64,000 bases of DNA from Gonapodya sp. JEL0774 (taxonomy: Eukaryota), in assembly GCA_027604505.1 (NCBI GenBank), contig JADIIX010000003.1:1-64000 (forward strand), given 5' to 3'. The position numbers and the translations under genes were made by a program. Every line of letters begins with the position of its first letter. The first letter of the stretch is position 1. Positions 47,960-64,000 of the stretch are shown piece by piece. Below the pieces are notes generated by a model that worked only from the letters and a program-made list of their open reading frames with translations, had not been told where the DNA came from and searched no databases.

Positions 47960-50900
47960 TTGATGCGGCATCTTGTAGCTGGAGCGGGACATTGGCTTTT
48001 CTGTGAAGGGGGGGGGGGCATTTGTGCTAGAGGCAGAGCATTGTCGGGGTTCGTCGGAGCAATGGAACCGCCAATCAGACATGAAAACGGAAGTGGAAAT
48101 GGAAGAAGAAACATTTCTGGCGTTGCCGGGAGCGTTGAGGGGACGGTTGCCAAAGGTGAAGACATTCCCCTGACAGCATACAAGACGCATCACGGTCACA
48201 AGACGCAACACCGCAATGAAGAAGCACACAATACAGATAGCTGTCATCGAAATCGTGTGCTCTCAGACTCGTTCTTCGCTGCTCTGATCGCGTCGCTCGC
48301 CCCAACACCAAATTTGTACGGCATCTTCGACTCCCCGCTCTCCGCCGACTCTCTCCTCTCCGCGATTGCCAACCACGTGCCTTCCCTCTCAACCCCAATC
48401 TCTCCTATTGCTTCTCCCCTCTCGCTCTACGTCGACTCTCCTCCTCCACCCCTTGTACACCCGTGGACCGTCTACCTCCGCATATCCGCTGCCCACCCGC
48501 CAGGACCCACAAACATTCTTTCTCGCGTCCATTATCACACCCTCCTTGACCTACTCGTCTCTCCCGCAGTCGTGGTAGTCGACGGTAAACAAGCTTGTCT
48601 CGATAGGGTGAGGAGGGTCCTCAGAGATATGGCGGCAACTCCCCTTCACATTCTTCAGGACCACATTGTTGATGTTGCAAGGAATGGTGCTGAGAGGAAC
48701 CGCAGTGTGGAGAGTGGTGTGAGAAATGCGGTTGGTGAACCTGTCAAAGTACGTTCTGCCCCTGCGGTGCTTCAAGTTTGTGGTCTTGGCAACTTCGCTC
48801 AGGCTGGTGGAGAGTGAGGGAGATTATTTGAAGGGGTCTGTCAATGGAGTATCGGAGTGTGTTTGAGTGTGTGAAGATCCTCAACTTATTGGTGCAGTGG
48901 GATTGCAGATGTTGGCCTAGGCTGGTTGCCGAGCACGAGTGCCGGTGAGGTTTGTGGGCACGTAGAACGATTGGAGTTATGGATGTCGTGGTGCCGGTGG
49001 AGTTGGGGGTGTTGTGGAGTTTGTTATTTTGCGGACGACTTCCGGACGACTTCCAGAGGCTATGAGGCGCATGCAATTTTCTCTAGTTGGTGGAATGGTT
49101 GAACTTAGTGGATGTGGTGGAGGTCCGTAATGTTGGTGCAGTTTGGGTAGTCAAGGAACAGCTTGCGCCTGCAACTGGTGACAGCGGGAGCTCATGGCAG
49201 GCGTGGAGTTTGCGAACCACATCCACACGCCATACACTGTGTGAAGTTTATTAGCAAATGCCAGTTGTCCGGCAAGCTACATGCTTGGAGTCACTGTTGC
49301 CCAAAACTGACATTGCTTCTCAGCTCCCCACTGCCCTCCCCCTCGACCTATCAGAATGGAACTACCTCCTCACCGCGTACTCTCGTGCAAATTCTCTCAT
49401 CTACTCTACTGCCTACCTCCGAGACATTGAGGTTCTCCTCCGATCTTCCCTAGGAGCCGACTTTGGGAACCGCGTTTTTACAAAAGGAGAACGAACGAAG
49501 TCGCCGTGGGCGCCGCAGCAGCGGCGAGAAGCTGACGAGGGGAATGATGAGGAGCTAGCGGATGAGCATGTTCATGTGCATAGAGATGGGCAGGCACAGG
49601 AAGAGCATGAGCCACATGTCGCTCAAGATCGTAGTGCCCTTCTGCTCCCTTTCCGCTACCCATCCCCACTGCCCGCGTTCATCCTCCTCCCCTACCGCCT
49701 CTACCTCACACACCTCCTCTGCCTCCCTCACCCATCCGCGTTACTCTATCCGATGACCACCCTGCTCTCCTACGCAGCAACCCGACCCGTGCTGTGGATG
49801 ATGTGGTGTAGGGATACTCACGTCGCAGGACTGGTTGCCGCGGTGTTTGCGAGGACAGCGTCGTGGGACTACGAGAAGGCCGTGTGGTGGGCGCGAAGGA
49901 TGGTAAGGGGTTTAGAGAGAGACGGGGAGCAGAGAGAGAGCAGAGAGGGTGGACAAGGGGAGCCATACGAGGACGACGTGCGTATTGGGGAGGGAAGGGA
50001 AAACCAGGTCCATTCCGCGTCAAAGGGTTCATCGGTGAACCTGACGAATGCGGCGGCATCGCGTTCCTCGGTGCCCGGACAGACCTCAACAGCCACTCCC
50101 CTCCGCTTGCCCGCATCCCTCGCTGCCACACTCCTCCTCTACCATGCGAAAACTCACCGAGCCTATTACGCCCCTTCGGCGTCGACCTGGGCGGGGTCGG
50201 TCTGGCCGAATTCTGCAAAGGCGAATTTGGGGCCCTTAAGATGGAATACAGAATCGGTCTCTACGGTTCCCTCGCCTCCCTCTTCGTCCTCCCCGGAGTT
50301 TATGATCTCCATGCTCATGTCACATCCGGCAATGGCATTAGCAGGGAATGGGAGTGGCGCAGGGGCAGCAACTGTGCAAACACAGGGAGATCTGAGTCAC
50401 CAGACGACTGTTCCCACCCTGTTGAAGGCACCGTCGCGGTCCGTACAACCAGCACACCCACCTACGCGCACACCCACACCCAACCAGAACGCTCTTTTTC
50501 TGGTTCTCCACCTTAACACACTTCTCTCCCGCCACGTCTCCCTCGAACGCCACCTCCGCCCGTTCCGCTTTCACCACCCTGCCCAATCGCGCACCAACGC
50601 GCCGCCCCCTTTACCACCCGCACTGTGCACGTCTCTTGCCCTCTTCTACTCTCAATTCAACTCTCGCTCCGCGGACAAATGGGCCGCCCGGGTTGTGGAA
50701 GAGTATCCCGGTACCGAGTGGTCCGATGCGGCAGGAGAATCAGGGGCGCGGGCGTGGGGGAGGAGCGGGTGGCCAAGGAGAGCCGAGTCATGGGTCGATG
50801 GGAGGAGGAGGACGGTGCCAGGTGGTACGGTGACGGCAGTTGCCGAGGTGGTAGAGGGGTGGGTTTCCGCGGTGGAGAGAAGTCTGGCGGGGAGGAAGGT

Positions 50901-51465
50901 CGTTCTGTGGTTGGCCGAACCAGATGAGAGAGAAATGCGCTTTGCGGATGAAAAGAGGATGAGTAATAGGGACATGATGGAGAGAGCCGAGTGGTGGTTG
51001 AAGAGGATGGACAACGGAACAGCATCTGGTGGGGGATTGGCGGGTATGCTCGCCCGCGTCGCGAATGTGCATCGTGCAAGTCTCGCGGGCGCTAGTCAGG
51101 CACGTCAGGGTGGAGATGCGGGGAGGGGCTACGTGGACATGCTGGCTGTGCGGAGGGTGGCCGAGGGTTGGATGTTGCTTGGGGATGAACGGAGGGCACG
51201 GGAGATTGTGATGTGGGGGGAGGCACGGGGGGGTAAAGGGGTGCTTGGAGCGTACGGGAAGGCGGGGTTGTGTGGAAGGTGGAGGGTGGGCGGGGACCTG
51301 GAGGCTGTGCGGTGTTGCCGTGGAGAGGAGGTAAGGTGGTGGGAAGGTGTTAATGGCTTTGTGTTTGGGTGGGGCGAGCAGGCAGGCACAGGTCGACAGA
51401 GGAGGTCAGTTAGCCATGAAGGAGATCATGCTGACTGGGAGAACGATGTCCCTGCACTGTACTAA
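47960..51465 (+). CDS. Hypothetical large helical protein, possibly a degenerate PPR-like mitochondrial protein
   Basis: Open frames of 285 and 735 codons with helical segments such as EWNYLLTAYSRAN. No firm domain, and the exon structure is unresolved. Confidence 0.45.
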
Positions 51466-52414
51466 TTTATGTGCTGTTCGATTGTATTCACTCAACTGCT
51501 CCAACACATATTCTCCAATTACCCGACCTTGGTGTGTACCTAATAATATTGCACTGTCCCCCAAATGTCATCCCAAGGTCAAAAAAAAACGCAACTTTGT
51601 TGGGGGCAGCAAAATAAAAGTGAAATGAGGCAAATGGAATTTACATAAATTATGTATTAGCAGACAGCACTGGTTCCGGAAGCTCCCAGGTGGTGGTAGC
51701 GCATCCAGTCCCGCTGCCGACCCCTCCAGTATTGCACAAGTTCTGATTCCGATGGGCGGGTGATTGAATCTGAGTGGCGCTGCCGATTGACCACCCCTAT
51801 ATCTCCAGACGATGCTCCCGACGGACGGCAAACAAGGCGACACGATTGCGGGCTCGATTGTGAGCATGCAGACGGACTATGCTTGTGAGTTTCTTATATA
51901 TCGTGGCCTTGATGTTATATATTTACACCGAACATCTTGTCCAGACGACGTGGACAGCGACCCAAGCGACCTCGAAAATGACAGTGGATGATTTGTTTTT
52001 TGTGCCTCAAATCTTTGTTCTGATGAATAAATGTTTGTTCTATCTAACTCAAAATCCGCATGGGTGTTGAGGTCCACTTTCATGCATACAACAACAAAGA
52101 AGTGGTTCTTCAGTGGCAATGTCAAAATGAATATGGTTGAGCAGGGGACGTCATGTGGAACCCTACTAGCCAGGAACATTTCCCCTTCATTGCCCACATG
52201 GTCAATTCTTTAGCCAAGACGTCCTCGGTGACTCCATCAATGACTGGTAAGGAACTGTTTCGTTCATGTTCATACCTATGAAGTGAAGTAATGTATTGAC
52301 GTTTTTCTGCGTGTCGATGACAAAAGAGTCAGGTATCTTCTCTGACGATTGGTGTGTGTCAAAAGCTGTCCTGTGCCTGACCCCCATAGGAGAAACCCTG
52401 ATGACCCGCCTGAG

Positions 52415-52510
52415 TGGGAACTCATTCATCTATACTGTATGCCCACAAATGTTGGAAAAACTGAAGGAAATATGAAAGGTGGGCATACAGTATAGATATA
52501 TGAGTTCCCA
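52415..52510. repeat. 32-bp inverted repeat (30/32 match) with a 32-nt spacer; hairpin or MITE-like
   Basis: tgggaactcattcatctatactgtatgcccac (52415-52446) versus gtgggcatacagtatagatatatgagttccca (52479-52510). Confidence 0.9.
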
Positions 52511-52647
52511 ATGTTGAAATTTTCCACCCTCCCTCTAGGGTCTCACACATTTTGTCCACCCCCTCGGAAAAAATTACCATCCCCGGGAGGGGGGGAGGGG
52601 GGGTGGGGGCGTCGGGGGGGGGGGCCCAACAACGGGGTGGAAACTAA

Positions 52648-52657
52648 NNNNNNNNNN
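52648..52657. other. Assembly gap (10 N) flanked by low-quality G/C homopolymer runs
   Basis: Literal Ns, with poly-G at about 52585-52625 and poly-C at about 52658-52690. Confidence 0.98.
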
Positions 52658-53089
52658 CCCCCCCCGCCCCCCCCCCCCCGCCCGCCCGCCGTGGGTCCGA
52701 CAATGGGGTGGGAAAATACTTTGTGACAGCCCAGCCTTCCCACATCGTCAGGACTTTGAATGTGCCTGCCCAGCGGGCACGTAACTACATTAGTGTAACA
52801 AGATACGGTGGCGTAACAAAATTATACTTCGCACGGGCATCAAGTGGCTGGTGGGGGGCCGACTGTGGGAATGCAAATGAATGCATTCAGAAGGACCATC
52901 GGATATGAATACATTCAGATGCAAAAAGCAAACCCGAACAGCATGGCGAATTCTATAGCATTCACAGATAAGAAATGTGGCCATGCAAACGCTGTGCTGC
53001 CCCCCTTGCGGCCTCAGACGTAGAATGAGGAACCAATTCCGTTTTTGATATCATCAGACTCTGAAACAAAACTTTGCAAGCACTCGCAA

Positions 53090-54524
53090 ATGGCAGAAAT
53101 CGAATTTCCCTTTGCAGAATCAAACCAAGTCTCAGCCGATATTCCCGATTCCAACAACGAGTTCGCGGGCGTGAAAGGTACCGTGTGCGATCCTCACCAC
53201 CCGCTGCCGCCGCTGTCTCATCGTCCTTCTTCCACCACGTTATCATCGCCCATCTCGCTCGAATATCTGTCTGCCTTATGACTTTGTATTCACTGGTCCA
53301 GTCAATCTCTCCCCCCTGGACGGCACGCTTTTCGTCGCCCCCTTCGTTCCCGCGAACCCCGAGGTGGTGGAGGCGGCGATGGACGTGGCGGGCGTCAGGG
53401 GAAACGACGTGGTGGTGGATCTGGGATGTGGGGATGGAAGAGGTGGGTTGAGTTATGTGGGAGATGTGGGAGATGAGTTTTGCGGCCAAGGGACTGGACG
53501 AGGGGGAGGGGTTTTGGGGTTAGTGGGTCGGGCGATTGCATGACGAGAGAGGAGGGCATTGCAAAACAGTGGATCCGTAACGGCAATCAGGAGAGTGCGC
53601 GTCTGCAGGGGGCTTGTTGATCATGTTCCTAGAGAAGCCTGTTTGTGCGGTCAGGGTTGCACTCGCCGAAGTCATTTCAAAGAGTCTTTCCAGCATTTCC
53701 GACGCGTAACCCATGCACTGATAACCTGATCATCTCGCACACTCTCACTTGCTTCATACAGTCCTCATCGCCGCACTCAGGCGGTCGGTCAGGCGCGTCT
53801 TGGGGGTGGAACTGGACCCGCAGTTGGTCGCCATTGCAAGGTCAAAGATTGTACAGGCGGGGTTTGGGCCAGGGAAAGGTCAAGGAATCGGAAAAGCGGA
53901 GATTGTGGAGGGGGATATGTTTGCATTCGGTGAGTGGGAGGGGTTGTCAGGGAACGGCAGTGGATTCTGCCAGGAACGTTGGAGTCCCTGCTCACATGGG
54001 CTGTGGGACGCAACCAATTGCTCAAACTGCGTGGGAAATGTACGTTACTGCACGGTGACCCCTCTCACATGGCCCCTGTTCGTGGGTCTTGCGGTACCGT
54101 CCGTCCCACAGACATACCCCCTAGCGCCACTCTCGTTGTTCTGTACCTTCTTCCGGCCGGCCTGGAAAAGCTCGCATCCATGCTTGGCCGATGGCTCACC
54201 GCTGACAGAACACCCCAACCTCTCGTGGCCAAAAACCAGAAGGTTGCAGAGCAAGAATTCGAGGCGTCGGACAGGACGTTGGCAGAGGACGATGGAGAAG
54301 CGGGTGTGGAAATGGTCGGAGTGGGCGCTGGGAAGAGGTGTGTCTGTGCAAGAGTTTCTTCCTGTTGGGCTAAGCAAGGTGAACTCATTCTGATTCAATC
54401 AAGGATTGTCACCATTGGCTACTCCATTCCAGGGTGGACGGCAACCAAGGGTGTGCAACACCGCCTCAAGTCACGTGTGGACACGTGGCTCTTCACTTAC
54501 ACCCCAGACAGTGTTCCGGCTTAG
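53090..54524 (+). CDS. SAM-dependent methyltransferase, ATPSCKMT/ANTKMT (FAM173)-like; multi-exon
   Basis: VAPFVPANPEVVEAAM, VVVDLGCGDG|RVLIAA, GVELDPQLV, EGDMF, VVLYLLP and RIVTIGYSIPGW. Confidence 0.85.
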
Positions 54525-55012
54525 CTTGGAGCTCACACCGTCGGTGTGGAGATAATTGTACACCCCAGAGCTGGACTTTTGGGGACCCAGAATCCGGGAT
54601 GGGATGATGCCATGTACTCTCGGAAAAACGGCAACATCTGTTGGATTGTTTCATTGGCGTGAATCGCATACATGTGCTCGGTGAACTTGCTCTGCGCTTA
54701 CTTAGTTTTCTTTCTGCCTCAAACTTCCACTTAACGTAACTGTGAAAAATGTAGTCTCTGATACGCACTTCTGTCAATAATGTGAAAAAATAAAGGAATC
54801 GACTGAACGCTGTCATCATGAACTGGGAGTGCATGGCGTCTGATTAGTGGGGACAAAACAATGCGATACCCTACCGCAAATCTGTGATGTTATTCTGATT
54901 GGTTGCCGATTCCGGTCCGAACACGTGTTTGGCTCTTGGAGTTTTTCTGCCTGCACTTGCCACACACTCAGAGGGGTCCATTTCCTTGAGAGGTTTTTGC
55001 CACCCGATCGAA

Positions 55013-57169
55013 ATGGTGAGCCAAAACTACATTTTATGGCTTGATTCGCTTCAGTTCTTCATTGAAGTTCTATTTTCGCCTTCCGCCTGCTCTCCCGCGT
55101 GCCCGATGGCCTTTCTTTGCACTCTCTTTTGGCTTGTTATCACCACTTTCTAGTCCTCATCAATACCACAAAGCTCACGGTGCTCGCTACCCATCAGGCC
55201 ATCTTTGTCCTCTTTTTCCGCTCTGCTGCTCCTCTTGATTCTATCTCCACCGTCCCTCGCGGCTCCGACCCTCGAAACGTGTTCAACAACTCCAGCATCC
55301 ACAGACTGCTCCTCGTATACCTACCCGAATGCGAGCTCTGTAACTGCAATCACTCAAGTCTGCAATGCACGGGTGGGTGTCGTGGATTTTCGATGGGAGG
55401 GTTCATGGTTGTCCCTGACATTTCTGGGTTGTGTCGTGAACTTTTTCGAGCAGCCGTACCTATCGGCATGCACCACATACAAGGTTTGCCAGCTCCAAGC
55501 ATCCAGTCTTGGCCCGTGGTGCGTATCATTTCTTTTTCCATCTCCAACTCATACTGACCAACATCCAACCGCCTACATTCCCCTCCTTGTGTCATGCTTT
55601 CTTCAAGGTGTCACCCCTTCACCCTCCTCGGCTCTGCATGCGCTGATGTCACTCAAATGACTGGCAGCGCACCCGCAGCTTGTACGGACTACAACAAACT
55701 CTGTGCCGCCGGGTCGGTCGTGCCTGGGTGTTCGGGCTACCCGACGATGAGGTCCCAGGGGTTTTTGAACACGACTTACGTGAGCATCGGTGGAGCATTA
55801 TCGGTTCCAACTTGTGCCTGCATCCTTCATTTTTCTTGAAATGTGGAATTCTTGGGTTTAAACATTTCTGGTTTCCTCTGGAATATTTTGCTTGGGTCTG
55901 CCCTCTTCCTCCACCCAGACTCAATTCCTCATCAACGACATGTGCGAAATCATGGATATGGATGGATGCACCAACTGCACCACTAGAGACAATTCGGTCA
56001 ACCCATCTTGCGAAACACTGGTAAATTTTTTCATATTCTGGATTCCTGATCGCAAAAAAGATCACATTCCGCCTTCCTGCTTCCTTCCCCAAGACCGCCT
56101 TCACGCAAATGTGCAAAGGAATGTCCAGCATGGCTCAATGCACCACCTGGACGGTAAGTTCGCTCCATGTTGTAGAATGTGTCAACCCTCCTCAACCCCC
56201 ACTCCCAACCGGTCCTCGTCCTCATCACCCTCTACAATCCCCACCTCTTTTTAGACTATGTGCAAATCCGCCTCCACTTCGTGCTTTTGTACCGCCCGAG
56301 GGTCCTGCACCGCGCTCATTGGTGTCAACCAGCTTCTTGCGGGCAGCAACTCGACCAGCGGTTCCGCAGCCACAAACAGTTCCAGCTCGCCGTCGTCCTC
56401 GTCTACATCAAGTCCCACCGCAACAGGATCCACCCCAGACTACAGTACCGCCGACTCAGACTGGTCAACCGTCCCCTCGATGCTCATGTTCTTCCAGTGA
56501 GTTTTGGTCTTTGCTCCGTCATCGCATGAAATTACTATATTATTGTTCGCTTCTGACATTGTCTCTCCTCTGTGCTATCCACTCCTTCCCAGCACCGGTT
56601 TCGTGGACTACTTCCTCTTCAAAACCTGGGTGCCCCGGAACCGCTGGCAATACGCAGGGTCCCTTGTCGCCGTCCTCCTGTTGGCTTTCTTCTTCGAAGG
56701 TATCATTGTCGCAAGGTAAGATCGGTACATCTTCTCCTCTCCATGTTTCCTTTCTTTGACTAATTCATCGCCTCTCGCTATTACCCTCGTCGTAATATCC
56801 AACAGGGAGATCCTTGAGCACAAATGGTCCACCGGCGAAGATAAACGCCGGGCTTTGGGCGTTAAGTACTTGCCCGAAGGTCTTATTGTGGACGTCCAGC
56901 GATTCTTTATCACCGTGCTCTCAGTGACGATGGTCAGTCAAATACTCTTGTCCATCTTGTAATATGATTTGCTTGACCCATTTAATCCTTTATCCCTTTG
57001 TGCTTTCGGCTTTCAGGGTTACGTCGTGATGCTTCTCGTCATGACCTTCAATGTCGGAGTGTTCTTTATGTGTGTCATTGGTATCGGTGTTGGGTCAGTG
57101 GTGTTCAGAAAGTTCAAGAACCCAAACATTCCGTTTGAGACCTTGCAAGGCTCCAAAGAATGTTGCTAA
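55013..57169 (+). CDS. Ctr-family copper transporter with a signal peptide and a large Cys/Met-rich extracellular domain
   Basis: ATG micro-exon at 55013 with acceptor at 55153. Motifs CEIMDMDGC and CKGMSSMAQC, MLMFFH|TGFVDYFLFKTW, TM2 GYVVMLLVMTFN (MxxxM), TM3 GIGVG (GxxxG) and C-terminal CC. Confidence 0.9.
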
Positions 57170-57306
57170 AGCTGTAAACTTTGTGTATATACATCGTGGA
57201 AAAGTGTGTTGTTCCTGTATCATAACATCTGTCAACTTGTTGACTATCGTGCGTCTATGTACATTGATGATTGAACTTGATGTCCCCAGAGGCAACATTG
57301 AATTGA

Positions 57307-59324
57307 CTACGACTGCTGCGATTGGGATTCTCCCAATGAGGCCTGAGAATCAAAGACTTGGTGGTCCGACATGCCCCCCTGAGACTGCGACAATGCTTCC
57401 TTCCTCCTTCTTTTCCGCTCTCGATTAACCTCCTTTTCCTCTTCTCGCTTTTTCAAAGCCACCAGACTAGACGGATCCATCGCCGGGTTCATGCATGCCT
57501 GTCGCTTCACGCGGAGTCTCTTATCTTCTTCACTTGATTTCTTGTCCACGGATTTGCGGTCGACAGGGGGAGGTAGGTGTTTTAAAATGGTGGATATGGT
57601 GGTGAGTAACTCGTCCGAGGTTTCCCGAGGGACTGCTGGGTTGGAACGTATTCTCGAATCCAAGAAACTGGAATTGCGGACATCACACAGACGTCTCTCA
57701 GAAAGGGCTAACTACATGAAAGCGACGCATTGCTCATTGAACTTATTCTCACCTTGCAAATTCGGCCTCCATTCGGCTCTCCTTTGTCGCTTCTTGCCAG
57801 CATGCCATGGCGATTTGGCTGGGCCAATAGACCAAAGGCATGTCCGTGAGCATAAATCGCTCAACAAGCGCTTGCGCACGTGTGTAGCTAGCCTTTAGAC
57901 GGTCCAGAGGAGCAGCCTGAGAGTGCTGCGGATCTCGCGACGAATTAGAATAGGTTAGAATGGCAGAAGGTGCAGCGGGTGGAGAGTTTGACGGAAAGGA
58001 TTGCGAAACGGCGGGTGTTTTGCCGTTGGCCACCGAAGTTTGGGGATGCTGGGGTTGGTCGAGACTTTCGATGCGCAGCTCCGATACACCAATACTTTCT
58101 TGCGACAAGCTCGTGTTGAGTCGATCTGTGGGTGCGTTGTCCTCTCCATTTCCACTAACAGACGCGGGAGTGGTTGGCATGGGTGATTCACCTGCAGCAG
58201 CAGTGGATTCATCGTTCCGGGTGGAGGGAGACAAAAAGTCCTACAGGAATTGTGTGAGTCGTTATTGTATCACTTGTGAACAAAAGGAGGCCCAGCACTA
58301 GCATAATTCGTACTGTTTGGTACCATCCCACTGCGCACCTGCATTTCCAAGAATATTCCGTGACACGCGCCAAAAGGATGTCGCACTTTGAGATCGTACT
58401 TCAACTCCCTCACCACAACAAACTCCAGCTCGCTAATAGTGCTCTTCTCGGGAGGGTCCTTAAACTTGCTGAGGATATCTTCGATTGGCATGAAGTGGAA
58501 TTCCGCTTTGCACGCAAGAAATATGCATGTAAAACTTCGAGGTCGCCGCATGCAAGTGAAAAGCCCGGCAGCAAAAAAAACATTGCATAAACCTACAGGA
58601 TGGGTTTGGGATCGTAGTCCATGATACTATTGGTGAGATAATAACGTTTCACAAACATTACAGCAGTTGCCTGGGGGAGGATTGGTGCAGAAAGTTTCAA
58701 AACCAATTCTATCGAATTCTCAAGCGATTACAAAGTATTTCGCGGAGGATTGTAATAACGATAATGATTCTTCCGGTTGATTGCTCGCCACGATTGTCTC
58801 AGACTCAAGCTCCTGGCATTCCGTATTAAGTCATCTCCGCACTTCCAACAATCATTCCACATCAAATCTATTTCCTCTCAAGTTGGTGTTTCTCCCGTCT
58901 TGTTTCTGATTCCATTCATCATCTTTCCGGACAACGTTTTACTCACTCGAATATTTGCGGGGAGCTTAAGTTTCTTGCAACTGTCAACAACTAGCTGCTC
59001 CGTACCAGATATTATTTTCCTCTCTTCTTGGGTGGTTAGAAGGTCTGGAACGGGTTCGGGAGGATTTCTTGAGCGCTGGGACTCGAGTTCCTGTTGAAAC
59101 GCGGGTTTTCATTATCCACGCGAGAAGAACGGCCGAGTACCAGTCAGAATCTGGCCAATCCACGCTTTGTCGAGACCCAGTCTGTTCACCCTTTGTTTCT
59201 CCCATGCAGTCTTGCACGCCGCGTGCTTCTCCGCAAGAGATCGTTCACGACAATGGGCCACTTCCGCAAGTGACGCGAAGCGCCAGCGCTGGAGCTGGGA
59301 GCTTTGCTCGATTAGCGATTTCAT
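57307..59324 (-). CDS. CCL1: Cyclin H (TFIIH/CAK subunit, Ccl1/Mcs2)
   Basis: QSSQLQRWRF, ATAVMFVKRYYLTNSIMDYDPK, TCIFLACKAE, ELEFVVVRELKYDLKVRHP and LTDMPLVYWPSQIAMA. Confidence 0.9.
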
Positions 59325-59461
59325 CGTCGAATCGCACAATCCCGGAGTGCCCCTGAAGTTATATTTTCATAGACTACAGAAGAGGCCAAGGCTCTATAAG
59401 AATCTTCACCAATTTTGGTATGTACCCGTAAATAAGGTATGACTAACATTCACCAACATCT

Positions 59462-63128
<3,667 letters not shown>

Positions 63129-63164
63129 TGCTGCGATGGGCACAAGTAAGTTAGTTGAAGGGCT

Positions 63165-64000
63165 TCACCTGCCATCCCTGAAGGCGACCAAAGGATGGAC
63201 AGGAAACCACAACATCTTTATTACATCATTTTCCTTCCGTGAGAATATATTCACTAGTATTTGCCCGCTCCTTGCCTCCACGTTTCTCGCATTTTCGCCA
63301 GGAAACTTAATCCTAGGTGTCTCGTGGTTGGTGAACTTGCACTTCCGATCTTGGGAGAAGAGCCTGACAGACCTGTTGTTCATCATAGCATTCTCGGACC
63401 GTACAGTTCGATTGCCTTGATGTTCTCTTCATTACGCACCTTCGTGACTTCGGTCCTCTGAAAATCCCATGTTTCCAGAACTCGATGTGCTCGTCGGCCA
63501 ATCCGCAGAAGAGCTGGTTACGCTGGTGGAGGGCGCGAAGCGGCGAGTGTCCGTACTCTCTGATCCTGAATCAATAGACGGTGTCCACCTCCACCAGGGC
63601 CTTCTGTACGGATTTGCATCGTTGGATCCTCTGCTGTCGGTCACCACATCACCGAGATCAGATCTGAGAGCTCCTTCAGTTTCATCCTTGACGGCTGCTG
63701 AGAAAGTTTCCTCCGCATCTACGAAATCATATGCCGTTGATCTCCATTCAAGATTCACCTCTGCCGTCCCTGGACTCGTCCTGGATTTGTGCTCGAAAGA
63801 TGCCAAGATCTGCTGGTTTTCATCTTCCTCGTGAGCGCTGTCAGTCGTACGGTAAGAACTGGCATTCTTCAAGATCTTTCTTTCAGAGCTAGATCCATCA
63901 TCTACCCATTGTGGACGTAGTTGAGCCACTTCTACGGTTGGCGGACGCCTTGGAGGGCCTGACACGGGACTTGGGCCAGATACACTGTGCAGTTCTTCCG
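63165..64000 (-). CDS. 3' part of a hypothetical gene running off the window end
   Basis: Open minus-strand frame from the window end to 63432 (177 codons or more), possibly spliced to a small downstream exon. No domain recognised. Confidence 0.4.

Noticed and set aside
52511..52743. Gly/Pro-rich ORFs spanning the Ns
   Set aside because: They are artefacts of homopolymer noise around the assembly gap.

Overview
This is gene-dense, intron-rich eukaryotic DNA with GT-AG introns of roughly 50-130 bp and a few probable GC-AG introns. It most likely comes from a flagellated, zoospore-forming early-diverging fungus, because it carries a CFAP210-like ciliary gene and a rhodopsin-cyclase fusion. About 25 protein-coding loci can be reconstructed by hand. 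They include an Ole1 desaturase, a Ste23/IDE insulinase, a Lag1 ceramide synthase, a GTPBP1/2 GTPase, an HDHD2-type phosphatase, cyclin H, the Pik1 PI4-kinase, a Ctr copper transporter, a CLYBL-type lyase, a FAS1 protein, two methyltransferases, a GNAT and an F-box/LRR protein. There is a 10-N scaffold gap at 52648-52657. The stand-out locus (about 0.4-3.4 kb, + strand) is split over about 11 exons, so the ORF track shows it only as disconnected fragments. It is a microbial rhodopsin fused to a class III nucleotidyl cyclase (RhoGC/CyclOp family). It keeps the retinal-binding DxxxK lysine, but it has Lys-His in place of the helix-C counterion Glu/Asp-Trp, and its cyclase retains only half of the catalytic residues. 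Other notable items are a Tc1/IS630-derived HTH protein without a DDE domain, a membrane zinc protease with dibasic-flanked peptide repeats plus a PPxY and UIM tail, a CH-domain protein with six Bbc1-like repeats, a bacterial-type FAD/[2Fe-2S] oxidoreductase, an NmrA pseudogene and a 32-bp hairpin beside the gap. All family calls come from motif recognition by eye and from memory. No database search was run, and exon boundaries are manual predictions.
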